From assembly GCA_965221335.1 (NCBI GenBank), contig CBDCSC010000004.1, positions 400,152 to 464,151 of the forward strand: 64,000 nucleotides of DNA, given 5' to 3'. A program made the position numbers and the translations under genes. A model generated the notes under the pieces. That model was not told the DNA's origin and made no database searches. It saw nothing but the letters and a program-made list of their open reading frames with translations. Below, piece by piece: positions 39,299 to 48,116 of this stretch. Position 1 is the stretch's first letter, and every line of letters begins with the position of its first letter. Source of the DNA: Gammaproteobacteria bacterium. Its GTDB lineage: Bacteria; Pseudomonadota; Gammaproteobacteria; Eutrophobiales; Eutrophobiaceae.

Positions 39299-40620
39299 AC
39301 CTGCGCGCACGTGCTGCAAAAGCGCTCTACCGGGTTGTCGACACCGGGCTGACCCTGGATGCGGCCATGGAACCCAGTTTGCATGGCATTAAAGGCCCGC
39401 GGGACCGCGGCTTTGTGAAGGAATTGTGCTTCGGGACCCTGCGCTGGTTCGACCAATTGCAATGGCTGCTCGACCATTGCCTGGAGCGTCCGCTGAAACC
39501 CGGAGATGCGGATATCAGAATGCTGATCCTGGTCGGCCTGTACCAGCTTCGCAACCTGGGGGCGCCGCCTCACGCGGCGGTGTCGGAAACGGTTGGAGCA
39601 ACGGCGGAACTGGACAAGCCCTGGGCAAAACCGCTGGTGAATGCGCTGCTGCGACGCGCACTGCGGGAGGCGCAGCAATTGAACAAGGAACTTGACCGGC
39701 ATCCCGGGGCGCGCTATTCCCATCCGGACTGGCTCATCGACAGGATCAGGACCGACTGGCCAGAACAATGGGAAACGATACTAAAGGCCAATAACCGCCG
39801 GCCTCCCCAGCATTTGCGGGTCAACCTTTTACGCGCCACCAGGGAGCGTTACCTGGAAGAACTGGAGAGCGCCGGGATCGAAGCGCTGCCCCTTGCATTG
39901 GCGCCCGGCGGCATCCAACTCCCGGACCCGGTTGACGTCAGTTGGCTGCCTGACTTCGACCGCGGGAGCGTTTCCGTGCAGGACGCCGGTGCGCAGCTTG
40001 CAGCCGGCCTGCTGGACTTGCAGCCTGGCAACCTGGTATTGGACGCCTGCGCCGCGCCCGGCGGGAAGACGGCGCATATTCTTGAATCCCAACCACAGAT
40101 TGGCGCCATCACGGCCGTGGATGCCGATGAGCGCCGCAATATGCGCCTGCTCGGCACCCTGAACAGGCTGAACCTGGATGCGACCGTCATCCAGGCTGAC
40201 GCCACCGATACCGAAGAGTGGTGGAACGGCGAACAGTTTGACCGCATCCTGCTGGACGCGCCATGCAGCGCGACCGGAGTCATTCGCCGCCATCCTGACA
40301 TTAAACGGCGCAAAGCCCCGGAACAACTCCACGCGTTGCAAACCACCCAGATCGAACTGCTGACAGCCCTGTGGCCGTTGCTGAAACCCGGCGGCAGGCT
40401 CCTGTACTCAACCTGTTCCCTGCTGCGCGGGGAAAACGACGGAGTAATCGAATCTTTCCTGGACGACCACCCCTCGGCCAAACCTGACACGATCAGCGCC
40501 AAATGGGGAATTGCCACGGAACATGGCCGGCAACTGCTGCCCGGCCTGGATGACACGGACGGGTTTTATTATGCGGTATTGACGCATCGTTATAATAGTG
40601 GGGTCAGACCAAGAAATTAG
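39295..40620 (+). CDS. rsmB: 16S rRNA (cytosine967-C5)-methyltransferase
   Basis: ATGA overlap with fmt. NusB-like N-terminus, SAM-MTase motif LDACAAPGGKT and catalytic DAPCSATG...TCS. Confidence 0.9.
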   Translation: MNLRARAAKALYRVVDTGLTLDAAMEPSLHGIKGPRDRGFVKELCFGTLRWFDQLQWLLDHCLERPLKPGDADIRMLILVGLYQLRNLGAPPHAAVSETVGATAELDKPWAKPLVNALLRRALREAQQLNKELDRHPGARYSHPDWLIDRIRTDWPEQWETILKANNRRPPQHLRVNLLRATRERYLEELESAGIEALPLALAPGGIQLPDPVDVSWLPDFDRGSVSVQDAGAQLAAGLLDLQPGNLVLDACAAPGGKTAHILESQPQIGAITAVDADERRNMRLLGTLNRLNLDATVIQADATDTEEWWNGEQFDRILLDAPCSATGVIRRHPDIKRRKAPEQLHALQTTQIELLTALWPLLKPGGRLLYSTCSLLRGENDGVIESFLDDHPSAKPDTISAKWGIATEHGRQLLPGLDDTDGFYYAVLTHRYNSGVRPRN

Positions 40621-40771
40621 GGAAACTCTGAACAAGTCCATCCTGGACTTGTCAGAGTACGGAAAACAAAAATGCGATTTTTGTTTTCCTCACAATATCA
40701 ATGCCTTACAGTCATTGATATTGACGATACATCCTTGTATCGTAGGAACCTCTGACTTAATCAGAGGTTCC
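40620..40771. repeat. palindromic repeat family 1, copy C (152 bp), abutting the rsmB stop codon
   Basis: GGGAAACTCTGAACAAGTCCATCCTGGACTTGTCAGAGTACGGA, a ~80-bp internal segment, then GGAACCTCTGACTTAATCAGAGGTTCC. Reverse-complement orientation relative to copy A and lacks A's ~70-bp insert. Confidence 0.7.
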
Positions 40772-40814
40772 TTAGAAGACATTACGCTGCTACCCAAATA
40801 CCCGGCCAATCCGC

Positions 40815-41597
40815 ATGCTTTCAAAAGACTCTAAGGATTTCATCGGCTCAATCGAACGATGCATGGACGTCATCAGGGCATTTGATGCCGATGATGTTGA
40901 AATGGCGCCGGCGGATGTGGCTGCAAAAACCGGCCTCACCCGGGCAACCGCCAGGCGCATATTGTTGACTCTGGCCACCCTGGGTTACGTCGCCACTGAC
41001 GGCAAGTGGTTTCGACTATCGCCGAAAATTCTCGACCTGGGTTTTTCTTACCTGACTTCCATGCAGATTGGCCAGGTTATCCAGCCGATTATCAATGCCT
41101 CCAGCAAAACGGTCGGTGAAACATGCGTTCTCTCGGTATTGCAGGAAAACGATATTGTCAGTATTGCCCACAGTTCGTTTGATCGTTTTGACCAGGTGAC
41201 GTTTTACCCCGGGACACACCTTCCGGCCTGTGTTTCAGCGGCCGGAAGGGTGATATTGGCCCATGAGGAGGCAGAAAAACTCCATATGTACCTGCGGAAC
41301 GTCAAACTGAAACGTTACACGCCGAACACGATCACCGGCAAAGCAAATTTAAGAAAGGAACTGGAAAAAATAAAGCGGCAGGGCTATGCCCGCGTTGATG
41401 GCGAGCTCGAAATCGGGTTGTATACACTTGCTGCGCCGATATTCAACACTGAAAAAGCTCCCATTGCCGCAGTGACTTTTGGCGGCAATGTCGCACGCAT
41501 CAATGACTGGAATATCGAAAAAAAATTCCTTCCTGAGTTATTCCGTATCGCACAAGATATAGGCAATCTGCTGCCCGGCAAGCACTCAATTTTCTGA
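40815..41597 (+). CDS. IclR-family transcriptional regulator
   Basis: 260 aa. N-terminal winged HTH (IRAFDADDVEMAPADVAAKTGLTRATARRILLTL) and C-terminal IclR effector domain. Confidence 0.8.
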   Translation: MLSKDSKDFIGSIERCMDVIRAFDADDVEMAPADVAAKTGLTRATARRILLTLATLGYVATDGKWFRLSPKILDLGFSYLTSMQIGQVIQPIINASSKTVGETCVLSVLQENDIVSIAHSSFDRFDQVTFYPGTHLPACVSAAGRVILAHEEAEKLHMYLRNVKLKRYTPNTITGKANLRKELEKIKRQGYARVDGELEIGLYTLAAPIFNTEKAPIAAVTFGGNVARINDWNIEKKFLPELFRIAQDIGNLLPGKHSIF

Positions 41598-42791
41598 CGC
41601 GTGTATGTTTTCCCCTGTACCGTCGGGCATGATACGCGATTGCCTGTGCATACTGCAAAACAGCAGGTAGCTGCACGTTAACAGGATAATGCTGACATAG
41701 ATGACGTTGGCATAGCGGTTGCCAACGATGACCAGTCCCGCCAGTACCGGGCCTGCCGCGATACCCAGACCTTGCATGAAAGGCAGCAGAACGATAGTGC
41801 GGCCGGTGCGGTCAAGACTGGCAATCCAGCCGCTCTGAAACGGGATAACAAAGCTGTAAAAGAAATTATAGACACATAAAGCCACCAGGTAGACGGCGGC
41901 TGTCGGATTCCGACCCAGCGCGTAGATGGCGATGCACAACCATACATAGCCAAACGAGATAGTTATGATGCGTTTCATTTTGCCGGCGAGCCAGGCCGGG
42001 GCCAGCGCGCCGGCTAAACTGAACAGCAGGGAGACGGACAGGGCAAACGCGATAAAGTCCGTGGCAAACCCTTCGGCGTCCCCGAGCCGTTCCATGAACG
42101 ACCAGATGCAGTTCATGGATGCAAAGAAAAATCCCACTGCCAGCAGCCCGAAACGCGCGCGACGTTCTATCGCCTGTGACGAACTGCATGCGCCCTCAGT
42201 CTCAGGATTGGAACGAGGCAAGGCGTAAAGAAGAAACACGGGCAATAACGCGACCAGGCCGCACATGATGAATACCGGCGCCACTCCCCATCTCGTCCAC
42301 AACCAGGACGCGCCATTAAGACACAGTGCGCCGATAAACACCTGCAACGCCATGGAAAAGGCGAACTCCCGGTCGGGATTCGCCGCTGCGCGTATGGTCG
42401 CATACATGAATGCAACCATCATTCCTGCGCCAAATCCGGCCATGTAACGGTATCCCAGAAACACAGAAAAACTTTCGGCCGCGCTGCACATCAGGTTAGG
42501 AATGACGACCAGGCATACTGTGAAAGGGAAAACCCGGCGCCAATGGCAACGATGTATCCAGTAGCGAGCGCTGAACGCGGCGATGGTGTTCGCCGTCATG
42601 TCCGCCGACAATAACAGGCCGACCTGCCTGCTGCTGAAATTGAACTCTTCGGTAAAGATACCCGCCCAGATGGGCAACAGGTAATAAACAACCAGGCTGG
42701 TTGCAAAAATCAGGTAGGTCAGCCAGCGCGTCGCCCAGGCGTTCACATCAACGGGTTCAGGGTCGCGATAGTCTTTTGGCGATAAAATCAT
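41586..42791 (-). CDS. MFS transporter
   Basis: 401 aa, about 12 TM helices, with an MFS-type loop between TM2 and TM3. Confidence 0.75.
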   Translation of the reverse strand: MILSPKDYRDPEPVDVNAWATRWLTYLIFATSLVVYYLLPIWAGIFTEEFNFSSRQVGLLLSADMTANTIAAFSARYWIHRCHWRRVFPFTVCLVVIPNLMCSAAESFSVFLGYRYMAGFGAGMMVAFMYATIRAAANPDREFAFSMALQVFIGALCLNGASWLWTRWGVAPVFIMCGLVALLPVFLLYALPRSNPETEGACSSSQAIERRARFGLLAVGFFFASMNCIWSFMERLGDAEGFATDFIAFALSVSLLFSLAGALAPAWLAGKMKRIITISFGYVWLCIAIYALGRNPTAAVYLVALCVYNFFYSFVIPFQSGWIASLDRTGRTIVLLPFMQGLGIAAGPVLAGLVIVGNRYANVIYVSIILLTCSYLLFCSMHRQSRIMPDGTGENIHASEN

Positions 42792-42841
42792 GCAAGTTTA
42801 CTGTTATGCGGATCACTGGCAACACCCGTTGATTTTATCAC

Positions 42842-42936
42842 GGGAACCTGTGATTAAGTCTCAGCGGTTACTGCGATACAGGGATGTACCGCCACAAATC
42901 CGCCTGGAGCGGAATTGGACTTGTTCAGAGCTTCCC
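42842..42936. repeat. palindromic repeat family 1, degenerate copy E
   Basis: GGGAACCTGTGATTAAGTCTCAGCGGTT...GCGATACAGGGATGTACCGCCACAAATCCGCCTGGAGCGGAATTGGACTTGTTCAGAGCTTCCC. Overlaps the 3' end of the Rieske gene ORF call. Confidence 0.6.
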
Positions 42937-44136
42937 AAGATACCACCGAACAAAATGTTGATTCATGGTTTCCTGTTCGGAATACGGTCCGGGCCGGTAG
43001 CGGGAAGACAAAATACCAGCCTGGTTATTTTCCGTGATGTCCGCATCCTGCCTGAGAGTGACATCCCATAACCATGAGACGCGCTCAGGTTCGTAATCGT
43101 CCCCTTCCTGCGCATTGCCATCCACCAGCCAGGTGGCTTCTACATCTGTCAACAGCTCGGAGATAGGGGTAAACCGTACCAGGACGGCATGGTCATTGGA
43201 CGCGATCAGGTAGTTGAGGTAATTGAATGCGATATAAGTCACGCCCCCATCGTATTTTTTGAACTTCCCCATCAGTGAGGAAACAGGCCGACCATCCTGA
43301 CTTTCAGTCAAGAAACCTTCCTTGATAGGCATGCGCACCATCCCCGCGCCATTATCGAACTCACCCTCCATACAAGGATGGCCCGCGGCTTCGGCCTGTA
43401 TACGCCAGGCTTTGACTTCCGCTTCATATTGGCGGCAAGCCGATTCCGGCCCGGAACCCATACCCGCGCCAGCGGCCAGCAACTTCAATTCCGACTGCAC
43501 CGAGCAATACTCCGGATGGGCAGACACACAGTGATAGCACTCAATAAAATTCTCAACCACCAGTTTCCAATTCGCTTTGGTCGGCAGTTCCAATCGCCGT
43601 GCAGTAATTGCATTTTCGATATCGTGGAACGACAGGTATTCACTGATTGCGGTAGCCATACCATCAATGTCTTGAGGCTCACCTGTCAGAGACACAAGGA
43701 TCACTCCACCCAGCACTTTGACCTTGCATGCGTGCAAACCATAATTTTCCGGGCGGAAGCCATCGGGCATTAATCTTGCTTTACGCAGGCTGCCATCCAG
43801 GTTATAACTCCAGGCGTGGTACGGGCAGACCAATGCGGACTTTCGACCTTCATTTTCCGTGCATATCCTTGAGCCCCGATGCCGGCAGACATTGTAATGC
43901 GCGTGGATATCACCGTTGCTGCCACGTATGATAATGATCTCTTCGCCGCAAATCCTGAAGATAAAATAATCGCCGATTTCGGGAATCCTGGACACGTGGC
44001 CAGCCATGTGCCATAACTTGTGCAGGACTCTCTCCCGGTCAAACAAAAACACATCAGGTTCAACATAAAATGCCTGTTGCAGCGCGTGGCCTGTGATATG
44101 GCTGTTGAGCAAATCCTGTATGTCGTGGCGTGACAT
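42925..44136 (-). CDS. Rieske [2Fe-2S] non-heme iron oxygenase, alpha subunit (GbcA/CntA-like)
   Basis: Rieske motif CRHRGSRIC-x16-CPYHAWSY and mononuclear-iron motif E-x2-H-x4-H (ECYHCVSAH). Start placed at ATG 44136 (MSRHDIQD). Confidence 0.8.
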   Translation of the reverse strand: MSRHDIQDLLNSHITGHALQQAFYVEPDVFLFDRERVLHKLWHMAGHVSRIPEIGDYFIFRICGEEIIIIRGSNGDIHAHYNVCRHRGSRICTENEGRKSALVCPYHAWSYNLDGSLRKARLMPDGFRPENYGLHACKVKVLGGVILVSLTGEPQDIDGMATAISEYLSFHDIENAITARRLELPTKANWKLVVENFIECYHCVSAHPEYCSVQSELKLLAAGAGMGSGPESACRQYEAEVKAWRIQAEAAGHPCMEGEFDNGAGMVRMPIKEGFLTESQDGRPVSSLMGKFKKYDGGVTYIAFNYLNYLIASNDHAVLVRFTPISELLTDVEATWLVDGNAQEGDDYEPERVSWLWDVTLRQDADITENNQAGILSSRYRPGPYSEQETMNQHFVRWYLGKL

Positions 44137-44146
44137 CGGTCCCTCT

Positions 44147-45520
44147 TCAGCGCCGGTTGAAGTCCGCGCTTGCCTGCTTGAATGCGCCGGCAATCATGCG
44201 CAACATCTCGTCCACATGTTCTTTGCCGAATATCAGCGGCGGCGAAATGATCAGGTTTGAACCGACGTTTCTTATCAACAATCCTTGCTTGCGTGTTAAC
44301 GCCTGGAGCAGATCAAGAAAAGGATCGCCGGGCATGAAGGGTTCTTTGGATGATTTATCTGCCACCAGTTCGATCGCCATCATCAGGCCTTTCCCGCGGA
44401 TATCACCGACAAATCCATAGTCAGATAGCTTATTTTTCAGTTTTGCCAGGCAGTAGCTGCCCACGTTTGCGGCATTTTCCGGTAGCTGTTCATCTTCCAC
44501 TATCTGCAGGGCCGCATTGGCGGCGGCACAAGCCACGGGGTGTCCTGAGTATGTGTAACCATGCAGGATGGCAGATAGCGGGTGATCGGAATCCCAGGCC
44601 TGGCGCACGCGTTCGTTGACCACCGTCGCGCCCAACGGAACATAACCCGAATTGATGCCTTTTGCCAAGCACATGATATCCGGCTTCACGCCCCACCCGC
44701 GGCAACCGAACATATTGCCGGTGCGGCCAAAACCGGTGACGACTTCATCGGCGATCAGCAACACGCCGTATTTGTCACAGACCTCCCTGACCAACGGCCA
44801 ATAGTTGTCCGGGGGTACGATCACGCCGCCGGCGCCTTGTACGGGTTCGGCGATAAACGCCGCGACCGTATGCGGCCCCTGGTGCACGATTTCCCGTTCC
44901 AGCAGGTTGGCACAAATCTTTCCCAGTTCCTCGGGATCATCCGAATAGGGATTGCGGTACAACCAGGGGGTATCGACCTGAAAACAACCGGGCAGTACCG
45001 GCTCGTACATCGAGCGCAGGTACATCTGGCCGCCGATGGATGTCCCGCCGAAATGCACCCCATGGTAACCCTGTTTCAGTGAAATAAACTTGGTGCGTTG
45101 CGCCTCGCCGGACAGCTTCCAATATTGCCGGGCCAGCTTCATCGCCGTTTCATTAGCATCCGAACCGCCGGAACCAAAAAACACCCGCCGCATGTCTTCC
45201 GGCGCGAGCATGCGCATCAGCCGTTCCGCCAGTTCGATAACCGGCAGGTTGCTGGTGTCGCCAAAGGTGGTGTAGTAGGGAAGCCGCTCCAACTGGGCGT
45301 TGATGGCTTGCTTCACCTCCTGGCGTCCATGTCCCACGTTTACGCACCACAGACCGCCCTGGGAATCCAGGTAGCGCGTGCCCGCCGTGTTGTAGATATA
45401 AACCCCCTCTGCGCGCTCGAATACCAGCGGTGCGGACTGTTCCACCTCGCGCGGCGCGGCCATCGGATGCCAGTGATGGATATTTGCTCGTGTTTTGTTC
45501 GGTCCTGTATCGCGTTTCAT
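44147..45520 (-). CDS. class-III (omega) aminotransferase, PLP-dependent
   Basis: 457 aa with typical class-III motifs (GSGGSDANETAMKLAR, ADEVVTGFGRTG, and a PLP-lysine region CLAKGINSG). Confidence 0.85.
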   Translation of the reverse strand: MKRDTGPNKTRANIHHWHPMAAPREVEQSAPLVFERAEGVYIYNTAGTRYLDSQGGLWCVNVGHGRQEVKQAINAQLERLPYYTTFGDTSNLPVIELAERLMRMLAPEDMRRVFFGSGGSDANETAMKLARQYWKLSGEAQRTKFISLKQGYHGVHFGGTSIGGQMYLRSMYEPVLPGCFQVDTPWLYRNPYSDDPEELGKICANLLEREIVHQGPHTVAAFIAEPVQGAGGVIVPPDNYWPLVREVCDKYGVLLIADEVVTGFGRTGNMFGCRGWGVKPDIMCLAKGINSGYVPLGATVVNERVRQAWDSDHPLSAILHGYTYSGHPVACAAANAALQIVEDEQLPENAANVGSYCLAKLKNKLSDYGFVGDIRGKGLMMAIELVADKSSKEPFMPGDPFLDLLQALTRKQGLLIRNVGSNLIISPPLIFGKEHVDEMLRMIAGAFKQASADFNRR

Positions 45521-45541
45521 TTCAGATGCCTTTTACTTTTT

Positions 45542-45598
45542 TGAAAGAGTACTAGGGAAGCTCTGAACAAGTCCATCCTGGAGTTATCAGAGTTTCCC
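45542..45598. repeat. palindromic repeat family 1, stand-alone 44-bp hairpin G, preceded by a 14-bp fragment of the 31426 element TIR
   Basis: TGAAAGAGTACTAG (which matches the TIR end at 31681-31694), then GGGAAGCTCTGAACAAGTCCATCCTGGAGTTATCAGAGTTTCCC. Lies between convergent-ish genes. Confidence 0.6.
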
Positions 45599-45604
45599 TA
45601 GAGT

Positions 45605-47212
45605 TTAATCCGTGCCGATTTGTACGGCATTGCGCGCGGCCGCCTTCAACCTGCGTTTGTCGGGCTTATTGTTTGCCAGCGCAGGCAATTCATCTTTGAT
45701 ATCGATGTATTTCGGCAGCTTGTAATTGGCGAGCCGGTCGCGGCAATGCGCAATCAGGGCTTGGCTGTCAGGGGATTGACCGGGCGTCGGGGCGACAAAT
45801 GCATAGCCGACTTCACCGTAGCATGGGTCAGGCACACCTACCACGCAGGCAAGACTAACGGCCGAGTGCGCTTCGAGCGCCTGTTCGATTTCCCTGGGAT
45901 AGATGTTGTAACCGCCGGACTTGTACATGTCGGACAAACGTCCGACCAGCACGATATTGCCGTCGTCCCGTTGCAGCGCCACATCTTTGGTGCGCAACCA
46001 ACCGTCCTCGTCGATCGTCTCCCGGGTCGCCTCCGGCAAGCGCCAGTACCCTTTCATTATGAACGGGCCGCGTACCTGAATCTCGCCGTGCTCACCTTTT
46101 GCTACCGGCTTGCCGGTTTCGTCAGCCAGGCGGAACTCGCAATCCGCTACCGGCATGCCGACAGTCTCCGCCAGCAGATCAATATCGTCGGTGGCGGCAA
46201 TGGCGGTAACAACCCCCGCCGCTTCAGTCAGCGCATACATGGTAGTAATGGCAGGGCAGACTTCCCGCACAATGCGCGCCAGCAGGGCTTTCGAGACCGT
46301 GCCGCCGCTGTAGGAAACCTGGCTGATCGAGGATAAATCCGCGCCGGGGAAATCGGGGTGATCCAGCACCTGTTGCAGCATGACGGGGACCCCTCCCCAA
46401 GCGCTGATGTGTTTTTCCCCGATCAGCTTCAGCACCGCGGCGGGATCAAATTTTTCCAGGAAATAACTCGTGCCACCGAACACCAGGCCATAAACGGCGC
46501 CGGCGATCACCCCGGCAATGTGGTTGACAGGATATGGGTTCAGTTGACGCAGCTCGCCGTCCGGACGCAACAATCCCTGCACCTGGCAATGACGGATGGC
46601 GCCGTAATGGTGCAACAGCGCACCCTTCGGTCTGCCGGTGGTGCCGGAAGTATATACAAGCAGGACAGCATCGTCGCTGCCAACATTTTTCTGTGCCTGC
46701 GCCAGCGTCTTGGCGCTGATTTCCGTCTGTCGCGCCAGAAAATTCGGGTAGGAAACAGCGCAGGGCAGCCCTGCGTCCTCATCCAGCGTGACAACATGCT
46801 TCACACTGTCAATGTTGCCCTGAAAATAGCGCAAATCCTCCCGGTAGTCGCGAGAGCCGATACATGTCCTGGCAAAGATGACGCAAGGTTCGGAATCCGC
46901 GATAACATGCTCCAGTTCAGCCCGGCTGTAGCGCGCATTGAGTCCCACCCAGATCCCGCCGATGGCGCTGGTCGCCAGAAATATAATGAAGTAATCGGGG
47001 TGTGGTGGGGTCAGGGTCGCAACCCGGTCGCCTTTGCCGACGCCAAACGCAAGCAGTCCCCTGGCGCAAGCCTCCACTTGCGATAACAGTTCCCGGTAGG
47101 AATAGCCGGCGTTCCCATCGCTTACGGCCAACTTGTCCGGCGTGCTGCCAACGTGCCGGTACAGGTAATCAAAGATGCGTTTGTCGCGGAATACCCTGGT
47201 ATCAAGTTTCAT
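45605..47212 (-). CDS. AMP-dependent synthetase/ligase (acyl-CoA synthetase)
   Basis: 535 aa with the AMP-binding signature LLVYTSGTTGRPKGA. Confidence 0.8.
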   Translation of the reverse strand: MKLDTRVFRDKRIFDYLYRHVGSTPDKLAVSDGNAGYSYRELLSQVEACARGLLAFGVGKGDRVATLTPPHPDYFIIFLATSAIGGIWVGLNARYSRAELEHVIADSEPCVIFARTCIGSRDYREDLRYFQGNIDSVKHVVTLDEDAGLPCAVSYPNFLARQTEISAKTLAQAQKNVGSDDAVLLVYTSGTTGRPKGALLHHYGAIRHCQVQGLLRPDGELRQLNPYPVNHIAGVIAGAVYGLVFGGTSYFLEKFDPAAVLKLIGEKHISAWGGVPVMLQQVLDHPDFPGADLSSISQVSYSGGTVSKALLARIVREVCPAITTMYALTEAAGVVTAIAATDDIDLLAETVGMPVADCEFRLADETGKPVAKGEHGEIQVRGPFIMKGYWRLPEATRETIDEDGWLRTKDVALQRDDGNIVLVGRLSDMYKSGGYNIYPREIEQALEAHSAVSLACVVGVPDPCYGEVGYAFVAPTPGQSPDSQALIAHCRDRLANYKLPKYIDIKDELPALANNKPDKRRLKAAARNAVQIGTD

Positions 47213-47286
47213 CTGAATGCTCTAACGTGCGCGCACCCGGACGGCGATGATGTCTTTTGCCTTGCCGAGCAGTTCAGACATGGGTA

Positions 47287-47946
47287 TCACTGAAGTAACC
47301 GCAACTCTTCGCGACAGGCCGCACGCGTGGCCCGCATTGCCTCCTGCGGCAGGGAGAGGATATGCTCGCACCACTTCATGGCCGCATCAAGGGCTCCCCC
47401 GGACGCCGCCAGATCATCGACCAGGCCGACCCGGTGCGCGTGTTTCGGGTCGAGCAGGCATCCCTCAACACAAAGCCGTTGGGCCCACTGTGCGCCGGTA
47501 AGCCTGGCCAGGACGCGGTATACCTGGTTTGACAACGGTAGCCCGTGACTGACCTCCGGCATACCGATCTTGTAAGCGCCCTGCTCCATCACCCGGTAGT
47601 CACACAGCGCCGCGAGCGCTGCGCCGATGCCCAGGCAGTGTCCGGTGATGGCCGCCGCCATGGGCGCCGGACAAGCGGCAGCCGCGGCAAGCAGGGCACG
47701 CAGGCGAGCCAGGATCTGTGTTCTATCCTCCGGCGTGGCCGCGCCAAGTTCCCAGGTATCCAGCCCGGCGCAGAAAAAACCGGGCGTCCCGCACAGGATA
47801 ATGACCTGTCCGTCGACGGCGCCGGCCCGGGCTATCTCCCCGGTCAATGTTTCCAGCAACGCCGAGTCCAGGGCATTGGCCGGCGGCCGCTCCAGCCTGA
47901 TCAGGCAGACTCGGTTGTTCTGTTCAACGGATAACATACAGCTCAT
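47287..47946 (-). CDS. enoyl-CoA hydratase/isomerase (crotonase) family protein
   Basis: 219 aa. Oxyanion-hole region FFCAGLD and a crotonase-fold N-terminus. Shorter than typical ECH. Confidence 0.7.
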   Translation of the reverse strand: MSCMLSVEQNNRVCLIRLERPPANALDSALLETLTGEIARAGAVDGQVIILCGTPGFFCAGLDTWELGAATPEDRTQILARLRALLAAAAACPAPMAAAITGHCLGIGAALAALCDYRVMEQGAYKIGMPEVSHGLPLSNQVYRVLARLTGAQWAQRLCVEGCLLDPKHAHRVGLVDDLAASGGALDAAMKWCEHILSLPQEAMRATRAACREELRLLQ

Positions 47947-48116
47947 GTTGTATCATCACAACACCTGTAATATTTTCTTGACAGGTATATACTGGCATGG
48001 TAAAAAACCATATTCGTAGTTGGACGTATAACGTTCATCCGTGCGTATTGCGTACTTTAGATCAGTGTAATTTACCGGGCGCAGTATTTCAAGCGCTATT
48101 TTTGCGGAGATGGATA